Positions 36,428 to 46,782 are shown, counted from the first letter of the stretch. The stretch is DNA of 64,000 nt from an uncultured Paludibacter sp. (GCA_964405245.1 CAYONE010000003.1:8244-72243); one strand, 5' to 3'. Notes: generated by a model from the sequence alone, not told the origin. A program made the numbers and translations.

Positions 36428-39181
36428 ATGAAAAGAATCTACTCATTACTTATTGTTACCTGTTTACTATTTTCAGGTTTACATGCACAGGTTGACGTAA
36501 CAGCCACTTATCTGCAAAATGCAGGATTCGACGATGCACCCACTATATTCACAAAAGAAGCCGGTGGTAAAATTGCAAATGCCGATACTGATTATCGCAT
36601 AACAAGAGTCAGCAACTCCACTTCACAGCCTGGCTGGAGATTTATTGTTACCGGCTGGGACGAAACTTCCTACATTATTTCAAATGCCGTTCAAATCACT
36701 ACTGCAGAATACGGATTTACCACAGTTCCCACCTCTGCAGCTTCAGGACTTAACACAACTACACCTCCGGCTACTCAGAAGGATGGTGTAACTTCAACTG
36801 GTGCTTGTCTTCACATGTCAGCCGGTTGGGGCGACAAAGCCATTATCAGTAAAGCAGTCGAGTTAAAAGCAGGTAAATATAAGTTGTTTTATGATGCATA
36901 TAATGCTAACACGACAGCTACAAGTACCGGAATTACAACCAATTTTTGTGGATATTCTAACGGAACTACTAAAGTTACAGGTGCTTTAAAAACTGTCCCT
37001 CAATATACATGGAAAACTGACTCTGTAACTTTTACTATTTTGTCAGAAGCTGATAATGATACAATTAATATTGGATTTACTACTTCAGGAGGTGGTTCAG
37101 GTAACGGTGCAAAATTGTACGTTGATAACATAAAACTTCTATATTATGGAATTGATAAAACAGATTTGAAAGCACTGATAGATTCAGCTACTTTTATGTA
37201 CAATAATCCCGGTGTTGTTGGAAGTACTTCTACTGCTTATCCGAATCTTAATACAGCAATTAACGCTGCAAATTTAGTTTACAACAATGTATCGGCTACC
37301 ATAACTGAAATCGCTGAACAGGAAACTGCGCTCAAACAAGCTATTGCCGAAGTACACGGGGCCATTCTTCTACAGCAAAGAGTTTCTACCTGGACAACTT
37401 TCCCATACAATGCCACTTCGGCTATTACAAACCCGAGTTTTGAATCAGGTTTTACAGGTTGGACTAACACCGGACCTTTCCAGACTCAAACCAACACATC
37501 TTTCGATCCTTATAAGGTCGGCACTTATTATGCTGAACGATGGATTAGTAGTGGTGGAACATTGGCAGACATAAGTTTATTGCAAAGTGTGAAATATATT
37601 CCGAATGGGGTTTATATGCTTACTGCATCGGCTCATGCAACACAGCAAGCAGATAATTCTTTTCCTGGTGGAACATACCTTTCTGCCAACACTGATTTTG
37701 TGGATATTTTTGAGCGTAAGGATTACTCTGTTACTACTACAGTTACCGATAATACACTTAATATTGGTTTTGAAGTTTTCAGTACAGGAAACTGGGTAGC
37801 AACGGACAATTACCGCCTTACTTATATCAGCGATGGCAGGCCTTATATGATTGTAACTCCTGAAAATCTAAATTTCACACCTTCTGCAACTTCTAAAACA
37901 ATTAAAGTTAAAGGTGGAAATCTTACAAATGCCGTTACATTAACCGCTCCTGCCGGATTTTCTTTATCAGCAACAAGTATTCCAGCAGTTGACGTTATGA
38001 CTGAACCGGGGGTTGATATCACAGTTACTTACACGGGAACTTCTGAAATTACCACCGACACTTTAACCATAACTTCCGGCACTACCGTGATAAAAGTAGC
38101 TTTAAGTGCCACTCAGGTTGTTAATGCCAGAGTTGCAGGCTTATTCTACGACTTGACCTTGCCTGAATCGTACACATTCAAAGTAACAGGAGATGTATTC
38201 GGAGATATTTCTCTGAGCGCTCCCAATGGTATTACGCTTTCAACAAGTTCAATAACTCCTGCTGCTGCTGCCGACACTGTTGATGTAAACGTTCAGTGGA
38301 ATTTGACTTCAAACATTCCTGATAAATACATTTACCTGTCGGTAGGTAGTGTTAAGAAAGATTCAATACTTGTATTTGCAGTAGCCAACAACCTCATAGC
38401 AAACTGGGATGGAGACAATGCTGAAGGCGAAGGTTCAAGACTAACTGACTTTGGATGGACTCATACACTTGCTGATGGAGTTACACCTGTAGGAACAACA
38501 TTCAATGTTTATGACGCTACTTCGGCGGTTCGTTATGTTCCTTATGCTAAAGCAAACCATACTTACAAAGGAAAACCCTGGATGGGTCATCGCATTGCAT
38601 ACCTGCGTGGTTGGGGAAGTCCTGCTACCAATGTTTATAATTTTCCTGTTATGCTTGAAGAAGGAAAAACCTATAAATTCCGCGGAGTTTCGGCTTGGCA
38701 CAATAATGAAACAAACCCGACTTTCACATATTCTGTAAACTCAGCTCCAGCTAATCTTGGCGATACACTTGGCAGTCAATCAGTACTTTGCACAGTACGC
38801 CAGAGAGGCGAAGATTATGCTTTCGAATTTACTCCAAAAACTACAGGTGTTCATTATTTAACTGTTTCGAGCAACACTGTTAACGATGCCATGTGCGCAC
38901 CTGAATTCCTTGCTATTTACGAAAAACCGGTTAATACAGGCACCGATAACAAATCGGTTTCGACATTCAATGTTTATCCAACAATCACTTCGGGCAATGT
39001 TCAGGTTGATTTTGGCGGAAAAACTGGAACTATTAAAGTTTATGATATTGCCGGACGTATGGTAAGTACTAAAGATGCTAAAAACAGTATAGAATCAGTT
39101 TCACTGCCTTCAGCAGGTATTTACCTGATGGAAGTTTCGGCTGGCAATGAAACTCGCACATTCAAAGTTGTGAAGTTGTAA
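36428..39181 (+). CDS. T9SS-secreted multimodular protein (CBM-like modules, FIVAR-like helical linker, Ig-like, CTD)
   Basis: YLQNAGFD..VDNIKLLY; DKTDLKALIDSA..LNTAINAA..ALKQAI (FIVAR-like); ITNPSFE..GW..IPNGVY..DNYRLTY; CTD VYPT..VYDIAGR..GIYLMEV..KVVKL. Confidence 0.78.
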   Translation: MKRIYSLLIVTCLLFSGLHAQVDVTATYLQNAGFDDAPTIFTKEAGGKIANADTDYRITRVSNSTSQPGWRFIVTGWDETSYIISNAVQITTAEYGFTTVPTSAASGLNTTTPPATQKDGVTSTGACLHMSAGWGDKAIISKAVELKAGKYKLFYDAYNANTTATSTGITTNFCGYSNGTTKVTGALKTVPQYTWKTDSVTFTILSEADNDTINIGFTTSGGGSGNGAKLYVDNIKLLYYGIDKTDLKALIDSATFMYNNPGVVGSTSTAYPNLNTAINAANLVYNNVSATITEIAEQETALKQAIAEVHGAILLQQRVSTWTTFPYNATSAITNPSFESGFTGWTNTGPFQTQTNTSFDPYKVGTYYAERWISSGGTLADISLLQSVKYIPNGVYMLTASAHATQQADNSFPGGTYLSANTDFVDIFERKDYSVTTTVTDNTLNIGFEVFSTGNWVATDNYRLTYISDGRPYMIVTPENLNFTPSATSKTIKVKGGNLTNAVTLTAPAGFSLSATSIPAVDVMTEPGVDITVTYTGTSEITTDTLTITSGTTVIKVALSATQVVNARVAGLFYDLTLPESYTFKVTGDVFGDISLSAPNGITLSTSSITPAAAADTVDVNVQWNLTSNIPDKYIYLSVGSVKKDSILVFAVANNLIANWDGDNAEGEGSRLTDFGWTHTLADGVTPVGTTFNVYDATSAVRYVPYAKANHTYKGKPWMGHRIAYLRGWGSPATNVYNFPVMLEEGKTYKFRGVSAWHNNETNPTFTYSVNSAPANLGDTLGSQSVLCTVRQRGEDYAFEFTPKTTGVHYLTVSSNTVNDAMCAPEFLAIYEKPVNTGTDNKSVSTFNVYPTITSGNVQVDFGGKTGTIKVYDIAGRMVSTKDAKNSIESVSLPSAGIYLMEVSAGNETRTFKVVKL

Positions 39182-39230
39182 AAAGCAGAAAAACAAACTA
39201 TCATCTGATAGTTAATTGCAAAGTTTCAAT

Positions 39231-39267
39231 AACCTGACAAGTAGTTTTTAACTTGTCAGGTTTTTTT
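39231..39267 (+). terminator. Terminator
   Basis: aacctgacaagt-N8-acttgtcaggttttttt. Confidence 0.85.
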
Positions 39268-39607
39268 ATGTTATATTTTTTTCATCCAATAATTCATTTC
39301 CAATCAGACAAACCGTTTTGCTACTTTGTTCAAAGTGCTGTATTCAACCTAATCGAGCATATTTTCTCTTTTGAAAATGAAGGTTTGAACTCGTCTTGAC
39401 TTTTTTTGAAACAATAGTCCAAATAGAAATTTCACAGAATTATAATATTCAACCATAATAATATTAAAGGCTATGTTTGCGCTTTGTGTCAAAATTCAAG
39501 ATAACTTGATTGTATTGTTCAAAATAAATTTCTTTCATCAACAAAAAAACTTCAATATTTATATCATTCCACAATGAAATATTTATTGAAATTTTATGCA
39601 GTTCCAT

Positions 39608-39615
39608 TATCTTTG
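39608..39615 (+). promoter_or_regulatory. -7 box TATCTTTG of the endonuclease gene
   Basis: Matches TAnnTTTG and supports a start at 39669. Confidence 0.6.
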
Positions 39616-39668
39616 CAGGTTGCATATTGATTCTTATGTTTATATTTCAAACTATTTCAAAAAAACGA

Positions 39669-40709
39669 ATGAATTTCAGAAAATTTCTTTCTTTTTTACT
39701 TTTGCTGATTGCAGGCAGGTTATTTGCAGTCATTCCACAAGGTTATTACAGCAGCGCATCAGGGCTGAAAGATCAGGCACTGAAAACTGCCATTTTCAAC
39801 ATAATAAAACAACATACACAGCTAGAGTATTATACTTCATCAACATATTTTCGCACTACCGATTGGCATCCTAACGGATATTTTTGGGATATGTATTCCA
39901 ATATTCAGCGAACCACATGGACCGGCATGAACCGCGAGCATAATTTCCCGAAAAGTTGGTGGAGTTCAGCGCCCGAAACTACAGTCGCATATTCCGATTT
40001 ACACAATCTTTATCCTTCAGATCCAACTGCTAATGAAGCAAAATCGAATTATCCGCTGGGTGAAGTTACAGGAACTCCGGATTTTCAAAACGGAGTTGTA
40101 AAAGTTGGAACAAACCGTGTTTCGGGTTACAACGGAACCGTTTTTGAACCTGCTGATGAATACAAAGGCGATTTTGCCCGAAGTTATATGTATATTGTAA
40201 CTTGCTATCAGGATTATTCGCAAAATTGGCGCAGTTTGGGCATCGCAAGTATGTTACAGAAAAACACTTATCCGGTTTTCAACGAGTATGCAATAAATCT
40301 GTTGCTAAAATGGCATCGTAACGACCCTGTAAGCGAAAAAGAAACGAACCGAAATGATGGTGTTTATTCATTTCAGAAAAACCGCAATCCCTTTGTTGAT
40401 TTTCCGGCATTAGCTGAGTATATTTGGGGATATTACAAAGGGCAGGCTTGGGATGAAAATGGTGAAATTTCAGTGCCCGATCCTGAATTTTACACGGTTT
40501 ATTTGCCCGATGAAAATAAACTTTACTTAAATATTACCGAAAACAAACCTGCTGATTTCTTTATTTATTCAGTTGATGGCATACTCGTTCAAAATGGCAC
40601 AACAAACTCAAAAAAAATAGGACTTTCCACTGATAAAAACGGTCTTTTTATTGTGGTATTGTATAACTCCGGCACACGAAAAGTTGCAAAGTTTATTAAA
40701 CACAACTAA
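39669..40709 (+). CDS. Secreted endonuclease I family (His-Me finger) nuclease with CTD-like tail
   Basis: IPQGYY, MNREHNFPKSWW, SDLHNLYP..N..KSN, KGDFARSYMY, W..DPVS..E..RN, RNPFVDFP; tail IYSVDG..GLFIV..KFIK. Confidence 0.9.
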   Translation: MNFRKFLSFLLLLIAGRLFAVIPQGYYSSASGLKDQALKTAIFNIIKQHTQLEYYTSSTYFRTTDWHPNGYFWDMYSNIQRTTWTGMNREHNFPKSWWSSAPETTVAYSDLHNLYPSDPTANEAKSNYPLGEVTGTPDFQNGVVKVGTNRVSGYNGTVFEPADEYKGDFARSYMYIVTCYQDYSQNWRSLGIASMLQKNTYPVFNEYAINLLLKWHRNDPVSEKETNRNDGVYSFQKNRNPFVDFPALAEYIWGYYKGQAWDENGEISVPDPEFYTVYLPDENKLYLNITENKPADFFIYSVDGILVQNGTTNSKKIGLSTDKNGLFIVVLYNSGTRKVAKFIKHN

Positions 40710-40795
40710 TAAATCAGGTTATTCCTTTTAATAAACATTTTGTGTAATTATTTGTTATATTGATAAATAAGACATTTACTAAAAAATATTTGGAT

Positions 40796-42073
40796 ATGAA
40801 AACTTCTAAAAGTATTAGCTCAAATCAAATGATGTTCTACATTGCGTTAATATTAATGTTCAATTTCTGTTTTTTTCAGTTTACGAATGCCTTAACTGAA
40901 GATTTTACAGAATATAAAGGCATTGTTATTGATAAACAAACTAACAAACCGCTTGCTTTTGCAAGTATTTTTGTTAATGGAACAGGCAGTACAACGATAA
41001 CAAATTCCGATGGTGAGTTTTCTGTAAAATTACCACCTACCGGAAGTCCCGATGTAATACTAACAGTTAAGTATATTGGTTACAAAAATTTCAGTTTCAG
41101 AATTTCGGAATTACTAACACAAAAAGGACGGATATTGCTTGAACCTGTAAGTGTTGAACTACCGGAGGTTAGTGTAATTTCGAAAGATGCTGACGCCCTG
41201 ATTGAGGCCATGCTCAATAAAAGAGCAGTAAATTACTCTGATAAAGAAATGTCACTTACAGCATTTTACAGGGAATCCATCCGTAAAAACAAAACTTACG
41301 TATCGCTTTCAGAAGCTGTAATTGATATCACTAAGCAAAGTTATGGCTCGTACCGCAGCGATATAGTTAAACTATACAAATCGCGTAAACAAACTGATTA
41401 CAATAAATTAGATACCTTAGTTTTTAAACTCATGGGCGGACCTTTTAACTCATTATATCTTGATATAATGAAACATACCGACATGTTTTTTACTGAAAAC
41501 CGCACTGAAAATTATGTTTTCAGTTTCGACCGCTCAACGCGTCAGGACGACCGCTTAATCTATGTAATCGACTTCAGGCAGAATATTAATAATCCCGATC
41601 CGCTATATTACGGTAAACTTTATATCGATGCACAAACGCTTGCCCTGAAGAGTGCACTATTCAATCTGAATCTGGAAAAAAAAGAAGAAGCGGCGCGTAT
41701 GTTTATTATTAAAAAGCCTTTTAACGCCAAAATAACTCCAACAACAGCGAGTTACCGCATAGATTATTTCGAAAATGATGGAAAATGGTATTATGGTTAC
41801 AGCCGTATCGAACTCGGACTGCGCATTAATTGGAAAAAGAAACTTTTCAACACTACTTACAATTCCACTATTGAAATGGCAACTACCGACATTTTACCTG
41901 TTAATGTTGTAAATGCAGGAAATAAATCTCGCCTGCGTTCTAACGTAATTATCAGCGACGAAGCTTCCGGGTTTGCCGACCCCGATTTTTGGGGTGAGTT
42001 TAATGTAATTGAACCCGAAAAATCAATAGAAACTGCGATTAAAAAAATTCAAAAACAGTTGGTAAAAGAGTAG
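40796..42073 (+). CDS. Carboxypeptidase-like regulatory domain (CarbopepD_reg_2) containing exported protein
   Basis: GIVIDKQTNKPLAFASI..TITNSDGEF..YIGYK..LPEVSV, then FYRE..and FW..N.IEPE. Start uncertain (40796 or 40829). Confidence 0.75.
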   Translation: MKTSKSISSNQMMFYIALILMFNFCFFQFTNALTEDFTEYKGIVIDKQTNKPLAFASIFVNGTGSTTITNSDGEFSVKLPPTGSPDVILTVKYIGYKNFSFRISELLTQKGRILLEPVSVELPEVSVISKDADALIEAMLNKRAVNYSDKEMSLTAFYRESIRKNKTYVSLSEAVIDITKQSYGSYRSDIVKLYKSRKQTDYNKLDTLVFKLMGGPFNSLYLDIMKHTDMFFTENRTENYVFSFDRSTRQDDRLIYVIDFRQNINNPDPLYYGKLYIDAQTLALKSALFNLNLEKKEEAARMFIIKKPFNAKITPTTASYRIDYFENDGKWYYGYSRIELGLRINWKKKLFNTTYNSTIEMATTDILPVNVVNAGNKSRLRSNVIISDEASGFADPDFWGEFNVIEPEKSIETAIKKIQKQLVKE

Positions 42074-42177
42074 GTAATAAAATATTATTGTTGTGTTTAT
42101 TTGAAGATTCGAAGATTAAAGTTCATACTGAATTTAAACTTATACTCTTCAATAAGGCATATTTGAACATATTTAGA

Positions 42178-42217
42178 AACAACAAAACCACTTCTGAATG
42201 AGGTGGTTTTGTTTGTT
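42178..42217. terminator. Bidirectional terminator between convergent genes
   Basis: aacaaaaccacttc..gaggtggttttgtt. Confidence 0.8.
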
Positions 42218-42253
42218 TTATTGATTTTTTTGTTAATGCGTTTAATATCCCTT

Positions 42254-43669
42254 CTATCTTAAAAAGCTCAGGCGATTCAATTTGCCGACCCAAACATCTG
42301 AAAAAACAATTGATGCCGAATTTCTACCACCGATAAGATAAATATTATGATTGAAGGTTCCGGTAGTTGCGTTAGGTTCCTTCAAATAAATCACACTCTG
42401 GAAACTTCTTTGTCCGTAATAATTGTATGTATCAGCATCTGAACCTGTTAATTCGCGAATTTGAGAATATGCTGAATCGGGAGTACTCCAGCTTAAACCT
42501 TCGTCAATGGACTGCATATAACTTGTTTCCACAACTTTGCCATTATCATCTGTTCCGCCAAAAAGCAGTAATTTACCATCGTAATTAATAATTGATGCAC
42601 CTGCAAGCGAATCGAGAGTTACATTTTCAACAGTAAAATCAATCCAATACGAACCATTTTCTGTACTCCATACATTATTCAGAATTTTTCCGTCGGCAGT
42701 ATAACCACCAAGTACCACTGCTTTTGGTTTTTTTGTACGTGAATAAAACGACAATGCTGCGAATCCACCCACTGGAAAATTCGCTGGAATTTCAGCGGTT
42801 ATATACCATTTATCCCCGGTTGTAGTGTAAGCGAAACGGTTTTTGTTATCGACTACCGAATTGATAATTGCCCAAAATTTTCCATCGAGTTCATACAGGA
42901 AACTCATAAACTTGTAATTTTCTGAATTTAATTCTTTTTTCCAGATAAAGCCATCGGAACTTGCATAAATATTTACACTATCATCAATCATGTAAAATTT
43001 ATTTTTAAACATTGCCATGGTCATCAAATTCGAGAATAATGGTAATCCACTCACAGCTTCCTGTTTCCAGTTTTGTCCGGTTTTTTTAATATAAAGATAA
43101 TTGTTCACCCCGCTGCTGGCGTAGAAGAATATCGTATCGTTTCTATTAAGCGCTTTCTGCATACTTGCGGTTTGTGTATATAGTTGATCCACAGTTTTAT
43201 TCCAAACATAAAGTTCAGTTTGTACCTTATGTACATTCACTTTAATGGGATATGTTCGTTTGGCTTCCTCATCCTGAGCAGTATTTGTTACACTTAAAAC
43301 TCTTGAAAAATCTATTGTATCCGTCCCTGTTATAATTACAGTATCCAATCCTGTTCCTACTGAATCCCTAAGCGTAAGAAATGCGCCTGAAGTACTTTTA
43401 AAACTAAATTTCGGAAAAACACTGTCGATACGCGTTTGATATGGCAGCGAATCAAGATTCACAATAATTGAATCATTCAGCGTTTCGTCCCATTCAAGGG
43501 TAAATACAGCATCTTCTAAATTTGGGATACTATCGTTCTCACTAAAAGATAGCGATACAAAACTTGGGTTCGTTGATACTTCTGCCTCATCGGTGTTCAA
43601 CCAATCGCATGAAGTGAATAATGCCATCACTGTGACAATAAAAAATAGCTTAACGGAAAGTAGTTTCAT
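42254..43669 (-). CDS. Lipoprotein, DUF6242-like with C-terminal kelch-like propeller
   Basis: Lipobox LFTS/C; IVNLDSLPY, YPIKVNVH..W; LGG/FGG/IGG kelch-like repeats. TAACTTTG box at 43691-43698 supports start 43669. Confidence 0.7.
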   Translation of the reverse strand: MKLLSVKLFFIVTVMALFTSCDWLNTDEAEVSTNPSFVSLSFSENDSIPNLEDAVFTLEWDETLNDSIIVNLDSLPYQTRIDSVFPKFSFKSTSGAFLTLRDSVGTGLDTVIITGTDTIDFSRVLSVTNTAQDEEAKRTYPIKVNVHKVQTELYVWNKTVDQLYTQTASMQKALNRNDTIFFYASSGVNNYLYIKKTGQNWKQEAVSGLPLFSNLMTMAMFKNKFYMIDDSVNIYASSDGFIWKKELNSENYKFMSFLYELDGKFWAIINSVVDNKNRFAYTTTGDKWYITAEIPANFPVGGFAALSFYSRTKKPKAVVLGGYTADGKILNNVWSTENGSYWIDFTVENVTLDSLAGASIINYDGKLLLFGGTDDNGKVVETSYMQSIDEGLSWSTPDSAYSQIRELTGSDADTYNYYGQRSFQSVIYLKEPNATTGTFNHNIYLIGGRNSASIVFSDVWVGKLNRLSFLR

Positions 43670-43775
43670 CAGATAATTGGAATAATTCAGCAAAGTTAAA
43701 TACAAATAAGAGTTGTAGAAATTAACTGTTAAAACATTTATTGTTTTTTAAAAAACTCACTGAGATATTTACATA

Positions 43776-44537
43776 CTATTCAATTTCAACAACTACTGGG
43801 CAATGGTCGGAATGAATAACATCGGCAAGAATCAATGCATTTGTAAGTCGCGATTTTAAAGATTCACTCGCCCAGTGATAATCGATGCGCCAACCCGCAT
43901 TTCTGAACCTTGCTCCTCCTCTGTAACTCCACCAACTGTATTTTTCGGCACTTGAATCGAAAACTCTGAAAGTATCAACCATACCCGATGCTTCATATCT
44001 GTCTAACCACTCACGTTCTTCGGGCAAAAATCCGGAAACGCCAATTTGTCTTTCGGGATGATTAATATCTATGGGTTTATGACAAATATTATAATCGCCA
44101 CACACAACAAGATTAGGTCGTGTTTTGCGAACATCCTCAATAAACGGCAAAAATGCTTCGAGAAATTCCATTTTGAAAGCCTGTCGCTCCTCGCCCGATG
44201 AACCTGATGGAATATAAACGCTGATAACCGATAAATCGCCAAAGTCTGCTCTTATTACTCTGCCTTCGACATCAAACTTTTGGTTATTCATGCCAATTAC
44301 AATATTATCAGGTACAATTTTGGTTAGAATTGCTACGCCACTATAACCTTTTTTCTCGGCCGAGTGCAAAAACGAAGTATAACCCAGTTCAGCAAAATAC
44401 ATTGTATCAAATTGTTCAGGCTGCGCTTTGGTTTCCTGTAAACATAAAACATCAGGATTTTCACTGCTGAGCCAGTCTCCAAAATTTTTGGTCAGCGCAG
44501 CTCTTATACCATTTACATTATATGAAATTATCTTCAT
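43776..44537 (-). CDS. xth: Exodeoxyribonuclease III (AP endonuclease)
   Basis: [48 protein letters not shown] overlaps the mlaF stop (TAATG). Confidence 0.96.
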   Translation of the reverse strand: MKIISYNVNGIRAALTKNFGDWLSSENPDVLCLQETKAQPEQFDTMYFAELGYTSFLHSAEKKGYSGVAILTKIVPDNIVIGMNNQKFDVEGRVIRADFGDLSVISVYIPSGSSGEERQAFKMEFLEAFLPFIEDVRKTRPNLVVCGDYNICHKPIDINHPERQIGVSGFLPEEREWLDRYEASGMVDTFRVFDSSAEKYSWWSYRGGARFRNAGWRIDYHWASESLKSRLTNALILADVIHSDHCPVVVEIE

Positions 44538-45292
44538 TAAAAAGTGTGTTTAATTTTTTTGAATAATTCAGACGCAAAAACAAAGTCGTTTAATGCCTGA
44601 TTATCACTTTTGTATATATCATCTTTTGAACCTTGCCAGGCTTTTTCGCCTTTATCAATCAAAATAATGTTTTCACCTATTTCCATCACCGAATTCATAT
44701 CATGTGAATTGATTATGGTAGTTATATCAAATTCAACTGTAATATCATGTATTAACCGGTCAATTATCAATGCCGTTTTAGGATCGAGCCCGGAATTTGG
44801 CTCATCGCAAAAAAGATATTTGGGTTGCAAAGCAATTGCCCTTGCAATTGCAACACGCTTTTGCATTCCTCCACTAATTTCAGCAGGGAAAAGATGATAC
44901 GATTTTTCCTCAAGATTCACATGTTGCAAACAAAACCGTGCTCGTTCCGTCATCTCTTCTTTTGTATCGCGCGAAAACATTTCAAGTGGATACATTACAT
45001 TTTCAAGTACGGTAAGTGAATCGAAAAGCGCAGAACCCTGAAATAACATACCAACTTCACGACGCAAAAATCTAATATCTTTCATAGTCATTTCAGGCAG
45101 ATTCCGACCATCATATTCAATGCTGCCTTTGTCGATACGATGCAAACCTATGATACTTTTCATCAGTACGGTTTTTCCTGAACCACTCTGACCAATTATC
45201 ATATTGGTTTTGCCCTTATAGAAAGTAGCTGTAATATCTTTCAGCACCAAATTTCCATCAAATGACTTATGAACGTTTCTTACTTCTATCAT
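44537..45292 (-). CDS. mlaF: MlaF-like ABC transporter ATP-binding protein
   Basis: [41 protein letters not shown]. Confidence 0.85.
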   Translation of the reverse strand: MIEVRNVHKSFDGNLVLKDITATFYKGKTNMIIGQSGSGKTVLMKSIIGLHRIDKGSIEYDGRNLPEMTMKDIRFLRREVGMLFQGSALFDSLTVLENVMYPLEMFSRDTKEEMTERARFCLQHVNLEEKSYHLFPAEISGGMQKRVAIARAIALQPKYLFCDEPNSGLDPKTALIIDRLIHDITVEFDITTIINSHDMNSVMEIGENIILIDKGEKAWQGSKDDIYKSDNQALNDFVFASELFKKIKHTF

Positions 45293-45422
45293 TAATTTAT
45301 TTTGAATTCAGAATTTTGCGTAGGATTTTTTTCCTTTAGTATTTGTTTCGTGTTATTTTTTAAAGTATTTGTAGTCCTTTGTCCGTTCTCCGTCGTCAGT
45401 CATCTGACGTCCTTTAAAAAAA

Positions 45423-46163
45423 TCAATTCAACATCAAATTTGTAATCAACAGATTGAAGAAAAGAATAAGAATACTGCTGTTTACCACCGCATTTGTACT
45501 TGCCTTACCAACATCGAGCGCTCCACCATAAGCAAAATAGCCATAATAAGCTGCCACCGATGAAATAAGAAATGCAAAAACTACCGATTTTACAATTGAA
45601 TAAAACACATAATAAGGTATAAAAGCATATTGAATGCCTAAAAGATAATCGGCTACTGTAATCACATCGCTGAAAACGCCCACCAAATATCCACCAAAAA
45701 GCCCTACTCCCATACTGAAAATAACAAGAAAAGGCATCATTATTACAAAGGCGGCTATTTTTGGCAAAATAAGATAATTAGCTGAATTGACTCCCATAAT
45801 TTCGAGTGCGTCAATTTGTTCCGTTATGCGCATGGTGCCAATTTCGGAAGCAATATTCGATCCTATCTTGCCAGCTAAAATCAAACACAAAATTGTGGAT
45901 GAAAACTCAAGCAGTAATGTATCGCGTGTAACCAATCCTGTACTGTAAGTTGGTAAAAGCGGATTTTCAGTATTCAATTTGGTTTGAATGGTAAGAATGG
46001 CGCCGATAAAAACCGAAATTATTATTACAATCGGAAGCGATTGCAAACCAAGTTTCTCAAGTTCCTTAGGAAATTGCCGGAAAAACATTTTCCACCTGTC
46101 AGGGCTTGTTAGCACCTTTCGCATTAGCAAAATGTATTTTCCTGTATCTTGAAATATATTCAT
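45423..46163 (-). CDS. mlaE: MlaE family ABC transporter permease
   Basis: AGKIGSNIASEIGTMRITEQIDALEIMG; GGALDVGKASTNAVV. Confidence 0.9.
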   Translation of the reverse strand: MNIFQDTGKYILLMRKVLTSPDRWKMFFRQFPKELEKLGLQSLPIVIIISVFIGAILTIQTKLNTENPLLPTYSTGLVTRDTLLLEFSSTILCLILAGKIGSNIASEIGTMRITEQIDALEIMGVNSANYLILPKIAAFVIMMPFLVIFSMGVGLFGGYLVGVFSDVITVADYLLGIQYAFIPYYVFYSIVKSVVFAFLISSVAAYYGYFAYGGALDVGKASTNAVVNSSILILFFNLLITNLMLN

Positions 46164-46243
46164 TATAATTTACTTATTCGGGTGAAAATGAAGTAATAAA
46201 TCCGAAAAACAAGCATTATTGATAACTTTAAAAAAATCAGTTG

Positions 46244-46251
46244 CAAATATA
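46244..46251 (-). promoter_or_regulatory. -7 box TATATTTG of mlaE
   Basis: caaatata on +. Confidence 0.55.
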
Positions 46252-46294
46252 CTCTTTTTTACAACACTAATTTGGATTAAAGTATTACAAAAAC

Positions 46295-46331
46295 AAAAAA
46301 GAGAAATCTTTGTTTATTGATTTCTCTTTTT
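46295..46331 (-). terminator. Terminator after rplS
   Basis: aaaaaagagaaatc..gatttctcttttt. Confidence 0.8.
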
Positions 46332-46352
46332 AATTTCTTAATAATTGGGTAA

Positions 46353-46700
46353 TTAAACGCGTCTTTCTTTGATTTTTGCTTTTTTACCTGTAAGTGCGCG
46401 TAAATAATACAGTTTGGCTCTGCGTACTTTACCGCGTTTATTTACTGTAATACTTTCGATAAATGGTGAGTCCATAGGGAAAATACGTTCAACTCCAACA
46501 TTACTCGACATTTTACGAACAGTGAAACGTTTTTTGTCGCCATGACCCGAAATACGGATTACATCGCCACGAAATTCCTGAATTCTTTCTTTGTTACCTT
46601 CTTTAATACGATAAGCTACTGTTACAGTATCGCCGCTTTTGAATGCAGGATGGTTTTTTTCTACATGAAATGCTTGTTCGGCTACTTTAATTAAGTCCAT
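46353..46700 (-). CDS. rplS: 50S ribosomal protein L19
   Basis: [48 protein letters not shown]. Start MDLIK at 46700. Confidence 0.97.
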   Translation of the reverse strand: MDLIKVAEQAFHVEKNHPAFKSGDTVTVAYRIKEGNKERIQEFRGDVIRISGHGDKKRFTVRKMSSNVGVERIFPMDSPFIESITVNKRGKVRRAKLYYLRALTGKKAKIKERRV

Positions 46701-46782
46701 GATTCTGATTTTTATTATATTAATGCGCAATATACACAGACTTCTCTCTATTCTGTCAGAGATTACGCTTAAATTTGGACTG

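Noticed and set aside
39196..39213. Small palindrome AACTATCA-TC-TGATAGTT
   Set aside because: AT-rich, with a 2-nt loop, located between a stop codon and a clear terminator; no evidence of a separate function.
44537..46163. Missing mlaD next to mlaEF as an anomaly
   Set aside because: Split mla loci are, to my knowledge, common in Bacteroidota; mlaD may be elsewhere in the genome.
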